Made by a program: the position numbers and the translations under genes
Assembly: GCA_034440375.1 (NCBI GenBank)
Contig: JAWXBZ010000235.1
Location: forward strand, 32,788-96,787
Origin: Candidatus Eiseniibacteriota bacterium
Lineage (GTDB): Bacteria; Eisenbacteria; RBG-16-71-46; JABDJR01; JAWXBZ01
Direction of reading: 5' to 3'
DNA: 64,000 bases
Shown: positions 26,035 through 35,186 of the stretch, one piece after another
Layout: the number at the start of each line of letters is the position of its first letter
Position numbering within the stretch: the first letter of the stretch is position 1
Notes under the pieces: generated by a model
Told to the model about the DNA's origin: nothing
What the model saw: only the letters and a program-made list of their open reading frames with translations
The model's database searches: none

Positions 26035-28047
26035 TCAGAGCGAAATGGCGTCGGCATCGACTGAAATCGGCCGTCTCGCCGGTGGAATCGGAAGCTCCCA
26101 GTGCTGTGGGGCGGCGTCGGCCCTGGCCGTGGCTCCGGGAACCAGGTCGAGGACGACGGCTGTTTCATCGCAGGCATGGCGACGTGGGCAGTGAATGCAG
26201 TCGGTCCACACTTTTCGCGGCAACGACTCGCGCGTCACGATGCGAAAGCCGCAACGCTCGAAAAACGCCACCTCCCGCGTCAGGGCGATGACACGCTCGA
26301 GCCCGATTGGTCGGGCATCCTCCACGACCTCTGCCACCAGCATCCGGCCGAGACCCAGGCCCTGGGCGTCGCTCCGGATGGCCAGCGAACGGACCTCGCC
26401 CAGGTCGTCCCACAGGACACGCAGGGCACAGCAACCGACCACCTCACCGTTCCGTTCGGCCACGTGGAATTCGCGCACCGACTGGTACAGCTCTCCGACT
26501 GGCCTCGGCAAGAGTGTTCCGTCTGCGATGTGTCCCGACATGAGCCGCGAGATGGCCGGGACGTCGGTGGGGAGGGCCCGGCGGAGCCTGATATTGGCCG
26601 CCAGGGCCGGCGGTGATTGCGCGGAAGGCGTGTCGGTTTCAGCCGGCGCCGACGCGGTCATTTGAACAGGCGTCACGCCGAGGCGTTCTGCGTGCCGCGC
26701 AAGCTGCCTCGCCACCGATTCCGGACCTCCGCCCGGCGTGGCGTTGCGACGAACAACGGCCGCTTCATGATCGAGCGTGGCCAGCGTGGCGTCGTTGAAG
26801 TGGGGCGAGATCGACAACCGCTCCGCGGATGGCAGTTGGGAGGGGGCCACCCGGGCCGCCTCAGCCGCCAGCCACAGCCGGCCGACGGCCGAATGCGCCT
26901 CCCGAAACGGCAGGCCCCGCCCGACGAGAAGATCGGCCAGTTCGACGGCCAGGAGGTCGTCACCGAGGCCTTCGCGGATCCGATCAGGCCGAGGCGCCAA
27001 TGCCTCGATCGCGGCCGGCAGGACGCCGAGCAGTGCTTCGAGCGTGGCCGCTGTGTCGAAAATGGCCTCCTTGTCTTCCTGCAGATCCTTTTGATAGCTC
27101 GACGGCAGTCCCTTCAGCACAATGGCCAGCCGGCTGGCATTGGCGATCAGTCGCCCGGACTTGCCCCGTGCCAGTTCGAAGAGATCCGGATTGCGCTTCT
27201 GCGGCAGGAGGCTCGACCCGGTCGAAAAGCCATCGGGCGGTGCGTACCAGCCAAAGCCGGGCGAGCACCAGAGGACCAGGTCCTCGGCCATGCGACTCAG
27301 ATGAACCGCCAGCGTCGAGGCGGCACCGAGGTAGTCGAGCGCAAAGTCGCGATCTCCCACGGCGTCGACGGAATTGTCGGCGGCGCGGGTGAAACCGAGC
27401 CGGCGGCTCAGGGCACCTCGATCGTAGACCAGCGGTGTGCCCGCCACGGCGCCGGCACCGAGCGGCATCCGGTCGGCCGACTCGCGGGCGGCGCGGAAAC
27501 GATCCTCATCGCGGAGGAACGCCTCGACATGCGCCAGCCAGAGGTGTGCCAGGCGGACGGGCTGCGCGGGCTGCAGGTGGGTCTGGGCCGCCGCATTGAG
27601 ATTGCCGGCCAGTACGGCCTGGTGAAGCAACGCGCGGGCAAGCTCCTGAAGACCCGCGACGGTATCGTCGCAGAGGCGGAGAACCCGCAGGCGGACCAGC
27701 GTGACGACCTGATCGTTGCGGCTTCTTCCGGTATGGATTTTCAGTCCGGCGTCGCCGGCCCGGCGGACCAGCTCCGCTTCGATCGCCGAGTGGATGTCCT
27801 CCCCGACTAGCGTCTGCCGGCCCGATTCCAGATCGGCCTGGATGTCGAGCACCGCGCGATTCAATGCCGCACACTCGGAGGAGGAGAGAATTCCCGCCTC
27901 GACCAGCGAGTCGGCATAGGCCCGGGCCAGTGCCAGCTCTTCCGGCCAGAGCACCCGGTCGATCGGCAGGGACTCGTTCAGCGCCTGCGCCCGCGGGTCG
28001 AGCCCGCCGAGGCGCCCCGCCCAGAGGCGGTGGTCAGTCGTTGCCAT
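26035..28047 (-). CDS. argH: Argininosuccinate lyase fused to short GNAT N-acetylglutamate synthase (ArgH-ArgA)
   Basis: LWAGR, HTGRSRNDQ, TGSSLLPQKRNPD, YQKDLQEDKE; tail LLPRP, EVRSLA, LPRKVWTDCIHCP. Confidence 0.92.
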   Translation of the reverse strand: MATTDHRLWAGRLGGLDPRAQALNESLPIDRVLWPEELALARAYADSLVEAGILSSSECAALNRAVLDIQADLESGRQTLVGEDIHSAIEAELVRRAGDAGLKIHTGRSRNDQVVTLVRLRVLRLCDDTVAGLQELARALLHQAVLAGNLNAAAQTHLQPAQPVRLAHLWLAHVEAFLRDEDRFRAARESADRMPLGAGAVAGTPLVYDRGALSRRLGFTRAADNSVDAVGDRDFALDYLGAASTLAVHLSRMAEDLVLWCSPGFGWYAPPDGFSTGSSLLPQKRNPDLFELARGKSGRLIANASRLAIVLKGLPSSYQKDLQEDKEAIFDTAATLEALLGVLPAAIEALAPRPDRIREGLGDDLLAVELADLLVGRGLPFREAHSAVGRLWLAAEAARVAPSQLPSAERLSISPHFNDATLATLDHEAAVVRRNATPGGGPESVARQLARHAERLGVTPVQMTASAPAETDTPSAQSPPALAANIRLRRALPTDVPAISRLMSGHIADGTLLPRPVGELYQSVREFHVAERNGEVVGCCALRVLWDDLGEVRSLAIRSDAQGLGLGRMLVAEVVEDARPIGLERVIALTREVAFFERCGFRIVTRESLPRKVWTDCIHCPRRHACDETAVVLDLVPGATARADAAPQHWELPIPPARRPISVDADAISL

Positions 28048-29347
28048 GAAGGACGACCTCCGCCGTTTCGGTGTGGATACTGGACATGGATTCATCGGGT
28101 GTGTTCCCGGGGATCGATTTCATCAAGGCCGGGGCGACATCCCCGTGCCGCACCTGGCGCGACGTGGCCACCATCGGCAACCCGAAGAGGCGGATGAAAC
28201 CCTCGGCATCCTTTGGACGATAGCCCGCCATGTCGAAGGAGGCGAGCGCATTGTCGTAGAGCGAATTAGGACTGGTGCGGGCCACGGCACGGACCTGCCC
28301 CTGGTGAAACTCGAGCGTGACCGTGCCCGCCGCGACCGACATCGCTTCGTCAAAGAATGCCGACAGTGAGCGGCGGAGCGGCGAAAACCAGAGTCCGTTA
28401 TAAATGAGGTCGGCCAGCGTGAGGGCCATCGTTGCTCGCGTCCGATGGAGATCGTGTGGAAGCACGAGACGGGCCAGATCTTCGAGCGCCTCGTGGAGCG
28501 CCGTTCCAGCCGGCGTCTCGTACACCCCACGGGACTTCATGCCGACCAGCCGACTCTCGACGAGATCGGCCCGGCCGACGCCGTGACGTCCGGCGAGAAG
28601 GTTGAGTTGCTCGACCAGCGGGACGGGATCGAGCCGTGCGCCGTCGAGAGCCACCGGAATGCCCGCCTCGAACGTGACATCGATCGTGTCGGGAAGTGAT
28701 GGACGTTGGGCCGTAGCCGCCGTCAACCGGTAGAGCGATTCGGGTGCCGGGTTGGCCGGATCCTCGAGCAGGCCCCCCTCGTGGCTCATGTGCCACAGGT
28801 TGGCATCACGCGAGTAGAGATCGGCGGTTGTCTGCTTGACCGGGATATCGTGCCGCGCCGCGTAGGCGAGCGCTTCCTCACGCGATGAAATATCCCATTC
28901 GCGCCAGGGGGCGATGATCGGAAGCTCGGGCGCAAGGGCCATGGCGGTCAGCTCGAAGCGGACCTGATCGTTCCCCTTGCCGGTGCACCCGTGGGCCAGG
29001 GCATCGCAACCGGTGGCACGGGCCGCGGCGACCTGCCGCTCGGCGATCAGGGGACGCGCGAGCGCGGTGCCAAGAAGGTAGCGCCCCTCGTACAACGCGC
29101 CCGCCTTGAGGGCAGGGAACACGTAGTCGGTCAGGAATGGCCGGCGCAGGTCCTCGAGAATCACCTGGTCGGCACCGATGCGGCGAGCCCGATCATGGAG
29201 GTCGGAGAGTTCATCCCCCTGGCCCAGGTCGGCGCAGAAGGCCACGACCTGGCAGCCGTACTTTTCCTTGAGCCAGGGGACGATGATGCTGGTGTCGAGT
29301 CCGCCCGAATAGGCCAGGGCCACACGGCGGTAGGTGTGTGCAGTCAT
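28034..29347 (-). CDS. argG: Argininosuccinate synthase
   Basis: LAYSGGLDTS, HGCTGKGNDQVRFE, SRDANLWH.SHEGG.LEDP, GMKSRGVYETP. Confidence 0.96.
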   Translation of the reverse strand: MTAHTYRRVALAYSGGLDTSIIVPWLKEKYGCQVVAFCADLGQGDELSDLHDRARRIGADQVILEDLRRPFLTDYVFPALKAGALYEGRYLLGTALARPLIAERQVAAARATGCDALAHGCTGKGNDQVRFELTAMALAPELPIIAPWREWDISSREEALAYAARHDIPVKQTTADLYSRDANLWHMSHEGGLLEDPANPAPESLYRLTAATAQRPSLPDTIDVTFEAGIPVALDGARLDPVPLVEQLNLLAGRHGVGRADLVESRLVGMKSRGVYETPAGTALHEALEDLARLVLPHDLHRTRATMALTLADLIYNGLWFSPLRRSLSAFFDEAMSVAAGTVTLEFHQGQVRAVARTSPNSLYDNALASFDMAGYRPKDAEGFIRLFGLPMVATSRQVRHGDVAPALMKSIPGNTPDESMSSIHTETAEVVLHGND

Positions 29348-31374
29348 GAGCGACCTCCCAAACTTTCCGAGACCGGCGACAGCCGGCCGAGCGCCCTGCC
29401 CAACCGGGCAAGAGCATCGTCAATATCAGCAACAGCAACATTCAGCGGCGGAAGCACCCGAACGCTCCAGCTTCCCGCCTTGCACAACAACAGCCCCTCG
29501 TCACGACAGGCGCCAACCAGCGCGGCCGGATCGAATCCCGCCGATTCGTCGATCTCGATAGCCCGAAGGAGGCCCAATCCGCGCGAGGCGGTCAGCGCGT
29601 CAAAACTTGCCACCAGTCGCTCGAGGCCGGCCGCGAGATACACGCCGCGCTCGGCGATGTTGTTCAGAAATCCGGGTCGGCTGATCGTGTCGAGCAGGTA
29701 GCCGGCCGCGGCGGCCGCGACGGGATTGCCGCCGAACGTCGTTCCGTGCTGGCCGGGTTCCAGGAGTCCCGCCAGTTCGTTGCGAATCAGGACGGCGCCG
29801 ATCGGAATGCCGCCGCCCAGCCCCTTGGCCAGAATCGTGATGTCCGCCTGAACGCCGGCCTGTTCAGCCGCCAGGAATGTGCCGGAACGGCCGGCACCGC
29901 ATTGGACTTCGTCGAAAAGCAGCAGCGCGCGATTCTCCGTCGTGCGACGACGAAGGTGATGCAGGAACGACGAGTCCGCCACGCGCGCTCCCGCCTCGCC
30001 CTGAACCGGTTCGATCAGCACGGCGTCGAGGGGTTTTCCTTCGGCCTCGATTTCGGAAAGAAGCGCATCGAACGCCGCGGGGTCATTGAACGGCGCGAAC
30101 CGGACTCCCGGGACCAGGGGCTCGAATGGCTCGCGGTAGGCCGGCGTGGCCGTGGCCGACAGGGCGAAGGCCGTCCGCCCGTGGAAGGAGCCATCAAAGG
30201 CGACAATGACCCCGCTGTTCCGGCCGGCGGTCCGCGCGTGAAGTCGTGCGAACTTGAGGGCGGCCTCGTTTGCTTCCGTGCCCGAGTTGCACAGAAAGAC
30301 CCGGTCATAGCCGGTGAGGGCTACGAGGCGTTCGGCCAGTTCGATGGCCGGCCGATTGCCGAACAGGTTCGACACGTGAACCAGTCGATCCATCTGGCGG
30401 CAGACCGCCACCCGGAGGCCACGGTCGGCGTGACCGAGTGTGTTCACCGCGATGCCACTGACGAAATCGAGGTACTCCCGTCCGTCCGCGTCGACGACCC
30501 GGCATCCCGAACCGTGAGACAGTTCGAGTCGGGGCAGGGGATAAACGGCGGCAAACAGATCCGACTCCGTCACCGTCGTGGCATCGATTCCGGCGCCCGT
30601 TGCCAGGAGCCGGGTCAGATCGCCAATCGATGTCCAGGTGGAGATGATGGCCTGACGAACACCCGCCTCGACCGATTGACATGCCGCTCCGAGCTTCGGC
30701 TTCATGCCACCGGTCACCTCGATGTGTGACAGGAGCCGCTGGGCCTGATCCAGGTTGATCGTTCCCACCGGTCTGGATTCGATGGTGACTGCCGGGACAT
30801 CCGACAAAAAGAGGATCGTGTCGGCGCCGAGGGCCACAGCGACGGCCGCCGCGGCCTCGTCGGCGTTGATGTTCCAGACACCTCCAGCCCGATCCATCCC
30901 GATGGTCGAGAGGACCGGCACCCGGCCCGTGGCCATGAGATCTTCCAGCAGGCCGGTGCTGACGTTCGATACGTGTCCGACATGACCCAGGCGGGCGGCA
31001 TGCGGGTGGGGCTCGGCTTCCAGCGTGCGGGCGTCGATTCCGGAAAGCCCCACGGCCTCGACACCCCCCGCGAGCAGGCCCGCCACCAGGCGACTGTTGA
31101 CGAGGCCCGTCAGGACCGCCGTAGCCACATCGAGAACAGCCTCATCCGTCACACGAAGACCATCCTCAAAGCGGCTATCCAGCTTGAGGTTATCGCACCA
31201 GCTATTGACGTCCTTGCCCCCGCCGTGGACCAGCACAATGGGACGACTCAGTGACGCCAGATCGGCGGCGAAATCGGCCATGCCGGTCGAATCCTCAAGC
31301 GCCCGCCCGCCGAGCTTGATCACCAGCGGTGTGGTGGATGACGCCGTCGGGGCGTCGCCAAGAATGCGCGTCAC
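29344..31374 (-). CDS. argD: Acetylglutamate kinase fused to acetylornithine aminotransferase (ArgB-ArgD)
   Basis: ArgB VIKLGG, VHGGG, GLRVTD, NINADE, GGMKPK; ArgD YLDFVSGIAV, NSGTEANEAA, FHGRT, EPVQGE, FDEVQCG, AKGLGGG, HGTTFGGNP in one frame. Confidence 0.92.
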   Translation of the reverse strand: MTRILGDAPTASSTTPLVIKLGGRALEDSTGMADFAADLASLSRPIVLVHGGGKDVNSWCDNLKLDSRFEDGLRVTDEAVLDVATAVLTGLVNSRLVAGLLAGGVEAVGLSGIDARTLEAEPHPHAARLGHVGHVSNVSTGLLEDLMATGRVPVLSTIGMDRAGGVWNINADEAAAAVAVALGADTILFLSDVPAVTIESRPVGTINLDQAQRLLSHIEVTGGMKPKLGAACQSVEAGVRQAIISTWTSIGDLTRLLATGAGIDATTVTESDLFAAVYPLPRLELSHGSGCRVVDADGREYLDFVSGIAVNTLGHADRGLRVAVCRQMDRLVHVSNLFGNRPAIELAERLVALTGYDRVFLCNSGTEANEAALKFARLHARTAGRNSGVIVAFDGSFHGRTAFALSATATPAYREPFEPLVPGVRFAPFNDPAAFDALLSEIEAEGKPLDAVLIEPVQGEAGARVADSSFLHHLRRRTTENRALLLFDEVQCGAGRSGTFLAAEQAGVQADITILAKGLGGGIPIGAVLIRNELAGLLEPGQHGTTFGGNPVAAAAAGYLLDTISRPGFLNNIAERGVYLAAGLERLVASFDALTASRGLGLLRAIEIDESAGFDPAALVGACRDEGLLLCKAGSWSVRVLPPLNVAVADIDDALARLGRALGRLSPVSESLGGRS

Positions 31375-32393
31375 CACGCGCGGGCTTCCAGGTCGAGGCC
31401 GGTGGCTTCGGGCCAGCCGGTCATGAGGTTCAAGTTCTGAATGGCCTGACCCGCGGCCCCCTTCACCAGGTTGTCGATGGCGGCCGTGGCCAGAAGAGTC
31501 CTTCCGCAATGAACGGTCGTGACGGCGACCTGGACCTGGTTGGTGCCATGGACGGCCCGGGTGTCCGGCCACTCGCCGGCCGGAAGGACCGTGACAAAGG
31601 ATTCGTCGGCATACCGCTCGATATAACGCTCCCGGGCCAGGGTCTCATGGATTGGCTGCGACAGCGGCGTTGACACCGTTGCCAGGATCCCTCGCGACAT
31701 CGGCACGAGCTGCGGGGCGAACGCCACGGACGGCGTGGTGTTGGCGCCATAGCTCGCGAAGTTTCGTGTCATCTCCGACACATGTGAGTGGATCTCGCCG
31801 ACCTTGTAAAAGGAGGCGCTTCCGGCGAGTTCCGCGAAGGAGTTGCTCAACACGGCGCGGCGACCGGCCCCGGTGACGCCGGAAAGGGCTGACACCATGA
31901 CCGCTCCGGTCACCCATCCCGCCTCCACCGCCGGCAGGAGAGCCAGCGTCGCGGCGGTTGGGTAACAGCCGGGATTGGCCACGCGGGGCGTGAGGTGTAA
32001 CCGGGCCCGATTTTTTTCCGTCAGCCCGTAGACGAAGCCCATGGATTCGTCCCTCCAGTCGGCCGACAGGTCGAGAATTCTTGTCGGGGCCTCAATCCAG
32101 GCCGGATTTCCCGCGACCAGTCCGGCCAGCGCTCCATGGGGGAGCGCGCTGACCAGCGTGTCGCAGGTGCCGCGACCCAGCAGATCGGCAATCGCTTCCA
32201 ACGAGATGATCGCTGGAAACTGGCTGGCCTCGCCCCGACCGGTGTCGAAACCGGGGGCCAGACAGCTTGCCGGCTGCCCGGCCCATTCGCGCGAGGCAAG
32301 AGCCGTGATGGTGATCCCGGGATGTCGGCGGGCCAGCCGAAGAAATTCCAGGCCGGCATATCCACTGGCCCCAAGCAGGGCCACTCGCGCCAT
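31371..32393 (-). CDS. argC: N-acetyl-gamma-glutamyl-phosphate reductase
   Basis: GASGYAG, ALPHG, DLSADWR, ANPGCYPT, SGVTGAGR, IDNLVKGAAGQAIQN; alternative TTG start 32408. Confidence 0.95.
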   Translation of the reverse strand: MARVALLGASGYAGLEFLRLARRHPGITITALASREWAGQPASCLAPGFDTGRGEASQFPAIISLEAIADLLGRGTCDTLVSALPHGALAGLVAGNPAWIEAPTRILDLSADWRDESMGFVYGLTEKNRARLHLTPRVANPGCYPTAATLALLPAVEAGWVTGAVMVSALSGVTGAGRRAVLSNSFAELAGSASFYKVGEIHSHVSEMTRNFASYGANTTPSVAFAPQLVPMSRGILATVSTPLSQPIHETLARERYIERYADESFVTVLPAGEWPDTRAVHGTNQVQVAVTTVHCGRTLLATAAIDNLVKGAAGQAIQNLNLMTGWPEATGLDLEARAW

Positions 32394-32404
32394 GATCGGC
32401 GCCG

Positions 32405-32905
32405 TCAACGGGCAAGGCTCGATCCGGCGTCGGCCAGGGATTCGAGTTGACGACGGAAGGCCCGCGCGCGGGCCGCACTGGGTGTGACGACGAGTATGGT
32501 GTCGTCCCCGGCCACCGAACCAACCACATCGGTGCTGCAGAGGAGGTCGATCGCGCGGGCGACGCCGTTGGCGTGACCAGGTGGGGTGCGGACGATGAGC
32601 AGTTGTCCCGCCAGCCGGATTTCGTTGATGAACGACTTGAGATCAAGTTCCTGCCGGTGGCGGTCGACGACCTCGGTGGCCGGTGACGGGAGTGAGTAGA
32701 CTGCGCGCCCGTCACGACCCGGCAACTTGCCCACGCCTAAGCTGGCCAGGTCGCGGGACAGCGTGGCCTGGGTGACCTGTATGCCGTGACGGCCAAGCGC
32801 GGACACGAGTTCCTCCTGGCTGCCGTGCCGTCCATCGGCGATCAGGCGGGCCAGCGGGGCTCGACGTCGTGCCGGGCCGCGGGGGGCGTGTGCATTAATA
32901 TTCAT
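32405..32905 (-). CDS. argR: Arginine repressor
   Basis: SQEELV, VTQATLSRDL, RTPPG.A, GSVAGDDTI. Confidence 0.95.
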   Translation of the reverse strand: MNINAHAPRGPARRRAPLARLIADGRHGSQEELVSALGRHGIQVTQATLSRDLASLGVGKLPGRDGRAVYSLPSPATEVVDRHRQELDLKSFINEIRLAGQLLIVRTPPGHANGVARAIDLLCSTDVVGSVAGDDTILVVTPSAARARAFRRQLESLADAGSSLAR

Positions 32906-32926
32906 CGATGTGAATAAAAACACAAA
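32889..32926. promoter_or_regulatory. Tandem ARG boxes (ArgR operator)
   Basis: tgTGCATTAATATTCAtc and tgTGAATAAAAACACAaa, 2 bp apart, in an AT-rich island. Confidence 0.85.
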
Positions 32927-33012
32927 ACCACTGAAAGTTTCAAGTAGTATTTTGTCCAGGGCCCGCGCCGGGGCGCCGATGAGCCCGTTCCACGATCGTC
33001 GACACTCGCCTC

Positions 33013-33041
33013 TTGAATTTCGGGCCCGGCAACCCTAGACT
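33013..33041 (+). promoter_or_regulatory. Putative promoter of tRNA-Arg
   Basis: TTGAAT-17 nt-TAGACT. Confidence 0.55.
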
Positions 33042-33099
33042 CCTGCGCCTGCATTCACCGGGACTTCTGCGTCCCGGCGGCGGCGGATCAAGACCGGCT

Positions 33100-33176
<77 letters not shown>

Positions 33177-33356
33177 TCTCCACCGCCACCGCACATCCGC
33201 AGCCAATCGTTGGCCCCCGGTTGCGCCCGCCACGCCGATCCTCCTAAACTTTCTCCGGTATCGACGGTTGTTCCGATCCATGGTGGCCGGTCTTGATTCC
33301 TTTAGGAGGCCCGGCCCTTCCGGTACCTGAGGCCCTGGCATGACAGGAGAGTGACT

Positions 33357-34106
33357 ATGAAGCGCCTGATTGGAGCGATGGTTGCTGCCATCTCCCTCGT
33401 GGCGTTGGCAGGATCCGCGATCGCCGCGAAAGAGAAGAGCCAGCTGGCGGTCAAGGTTGATCCCGCCTTCTGGGAAAAGCCGCTGAACAAGATCGGCCTC
33501 CTCGGCATCAGCTATCCGATCTCGAATGACGCCATGATGGCGGAGATCGTGCCGGACCTGATCAACGGCACACTGCAGGACCAGGGGGAGTTTACACTGC
33601 TCTACCCGGATGACATCCGCATGGCGGCCGAGCGCGGGGGATTCAAGCAGGCCTATGACACGCTGATTCGTGTCTGGCTCTCCCGCGGCGAAATCGATCC
33701 ACCCAGCCTCGCCACCGTTCAAGCCGCCGTCGGTCTGGATGCCATCGTCGGCGTTGAGTTGACCCACTGGGAGCAGCACAAGCTGGATTTCAGCGAGGAG
33801 GGGTACAGCACGACCACGGTCGGTCTGCGCTCACGACTCTGGAGTGTGTCCGACCGGATTCTCCTGTGGGAGGCTTCGCTCGTGAAGGTCGGCAAGTCAC
33901 CGCCCTACGATCCGTCGGGCTCCTCCGCCTCCGACGCCAGCGGCACCAGCCGTCAGACGGTCAAGACGGTGCCCGATCCGCCGAAGTATGAAGATATCGC
34001 CGAGGATGTTGTGCTCGAAGTGATCGGCTCGTATCCGAAGCCCGAGGACAAGGACCGACTGACCAGGGAAGCCAAGAAGAAAAAGAAGAAGGAGGCTGGG
34101 CGCTAG
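33357..34106 (+). CDS. Hypothetical secreted protein
   Basis: AGGAG RBS, signal peptide (AIA-A), alpha/beta pattern, Lys-rich tail. Confidence 0.7.
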   Translation: MKRLIGAMVAAISLVALAGSAIAAKEKSQLAVKVDPAFWEKPLNKIGLLGISYPISNDAMMAEIVPDLINGTLQDQGEFTLLYPDDIRMAAERGGFKQAYDTLIRVWLSRGEIDPPSLATVQAAVGLDAIVGVELTHWEQHKLDFSEEGYSTTTVGLRSRLWSVSDRILLWEASLVKVGKSPPYDPSGSSASDASGTSRQTVKTVPDPPKYEDIAEDVVLEVIGSYPKPEDKDRLTREAKKKKKKEAGR

Positions 34107-34154
34107 GTCCGACGGTCGAAATGGATGGCCGGACGCATCAAACCCAAACACGGC

Positions 34155-34658
34155 ATGACTGAAACACCAAACTCATCGAGTCAATTCGACGAACGCTGGA
34201 TGCAGGAAGCCCTGGTCGAGGCCGAACGGGCCGCCGAGGCGGGTGAGGTGCCGGTCGGGGCCGTCATCGTGCACGACGGCCGCATTGTTGGTCGTGGCCG
34301 GAATCAGATGGAGGGGCTGTCCGACCCGACAGCCCATGCTGAAATTCTGGCGGTCACGGCGGCGGCCAACGCGCTCAAGTCGTGGCGGCTGGATGGGACA
34401 ACGGTTTATGTGACGCTGGAGCCATGCGTCATGTGTATCGGCGCCATTTTCAATGCGCGCGTGTCACGCCTGGTGTTCGCCGCGCACGATCCCAAGCGGG
34501 GCGCGGTCGGCTCGGTCATCGACCTCTCCGAGGAGGAAAGGCTCAACCACCACCTGGAGGTTTCCTCGGGGCCATTGCGCGAGGAGTCCACCGGGCTCCT
34601 CAAGACCTTCTTCGAAGAACTCCGCAAGAGGGCCCGGGCCACCGACAAGACTTCCTGA
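34155..34658 (+). CDS. tadA: tRNA adenosine(34) deaminase
   Basis: GEVPVGAV, DPTAHAE, WRL, VTLEPCVMC, DPKRGA, LNHH. Confidence 0.93.
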   Translation: MTETPNSSSQFDERWMQEALVEAERAAEAGEVPVGAVIVHDGRIVGRGRNQMEGLSDPTAHAEILAVTAAANALKSWRLDGTTVYVTLEPCVMCIGAIFNARVSRLVFAAHDPKRGAVGSVIDLSEEERLNHHLEVSSGPLREESTGLLKTFFEELRKRARATDKTS

Positions 34659-34670
34659 GGACGTCGATGG

Positions 34671-35117
34671 TCAGATCCCCGACGGGGCACCTGTCTCGTC
34701 GGGCTCGACGTGGAAAGTCAGCGCCGCCCGTATGGCATCGGGTATCGGTACCGGCTTCATCGTTTCCTGCGACACCGAAACGTGGCGCACGGTCAGTACG
34801 GCGCGGAGATCGCCGTCCGGCCCCAGCAGACGGCAGCGGACGATGTAGGAGGTCGACTTGAGCTCCGTCAAGACGATTTCACCCGTGATGACCTCGCCGT
34901 GGCGCATCGGCCGGCGGTAGCGGCAGTGACTCTCGACGACCGGGATCAGGATCTCGCCATCCTGGATGACGCTCGAAATTGAAAAGCCGATCGACTCGAG
35001 GAAAGACTCGTACACGTCGTGCATCAGGACATAGTACCGGGCGAAGAAGACGATGCCGGCGGCGTCGACGTCGTGGATTCGAATCGGGAACTCGCGGCGA
35101 AAGATATTCGGGCTCAT
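34671..35117 (-). CDS. Hotdog-fold acyl-CoA thioesterase
   Basis: IRIHDVDAAGIVFFARY, IPVVESHCRYRRP, KPVPIPD. Confidence 0.88.
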   Translation of the reverse strand: MSPNIFRREFPIRIHDVDAAGIVFFARYYVLMHDVYESFLESIGFSISSVIQDGEILIPVVESHCRYRRPMRHGEVITGEIVLTELKSTSYIVRCRLLGPDGDLRAVLTVRHVSVSQETMKPVPIPDAIRAALTFHVEPDETGAPSGI

Positions 35118-35186
35118 GACACTGGCAATTTATCACCTTCGGCGCGATCGGGGTACCATGGGGAGTTGGATGATCGTTCGGAGGAC

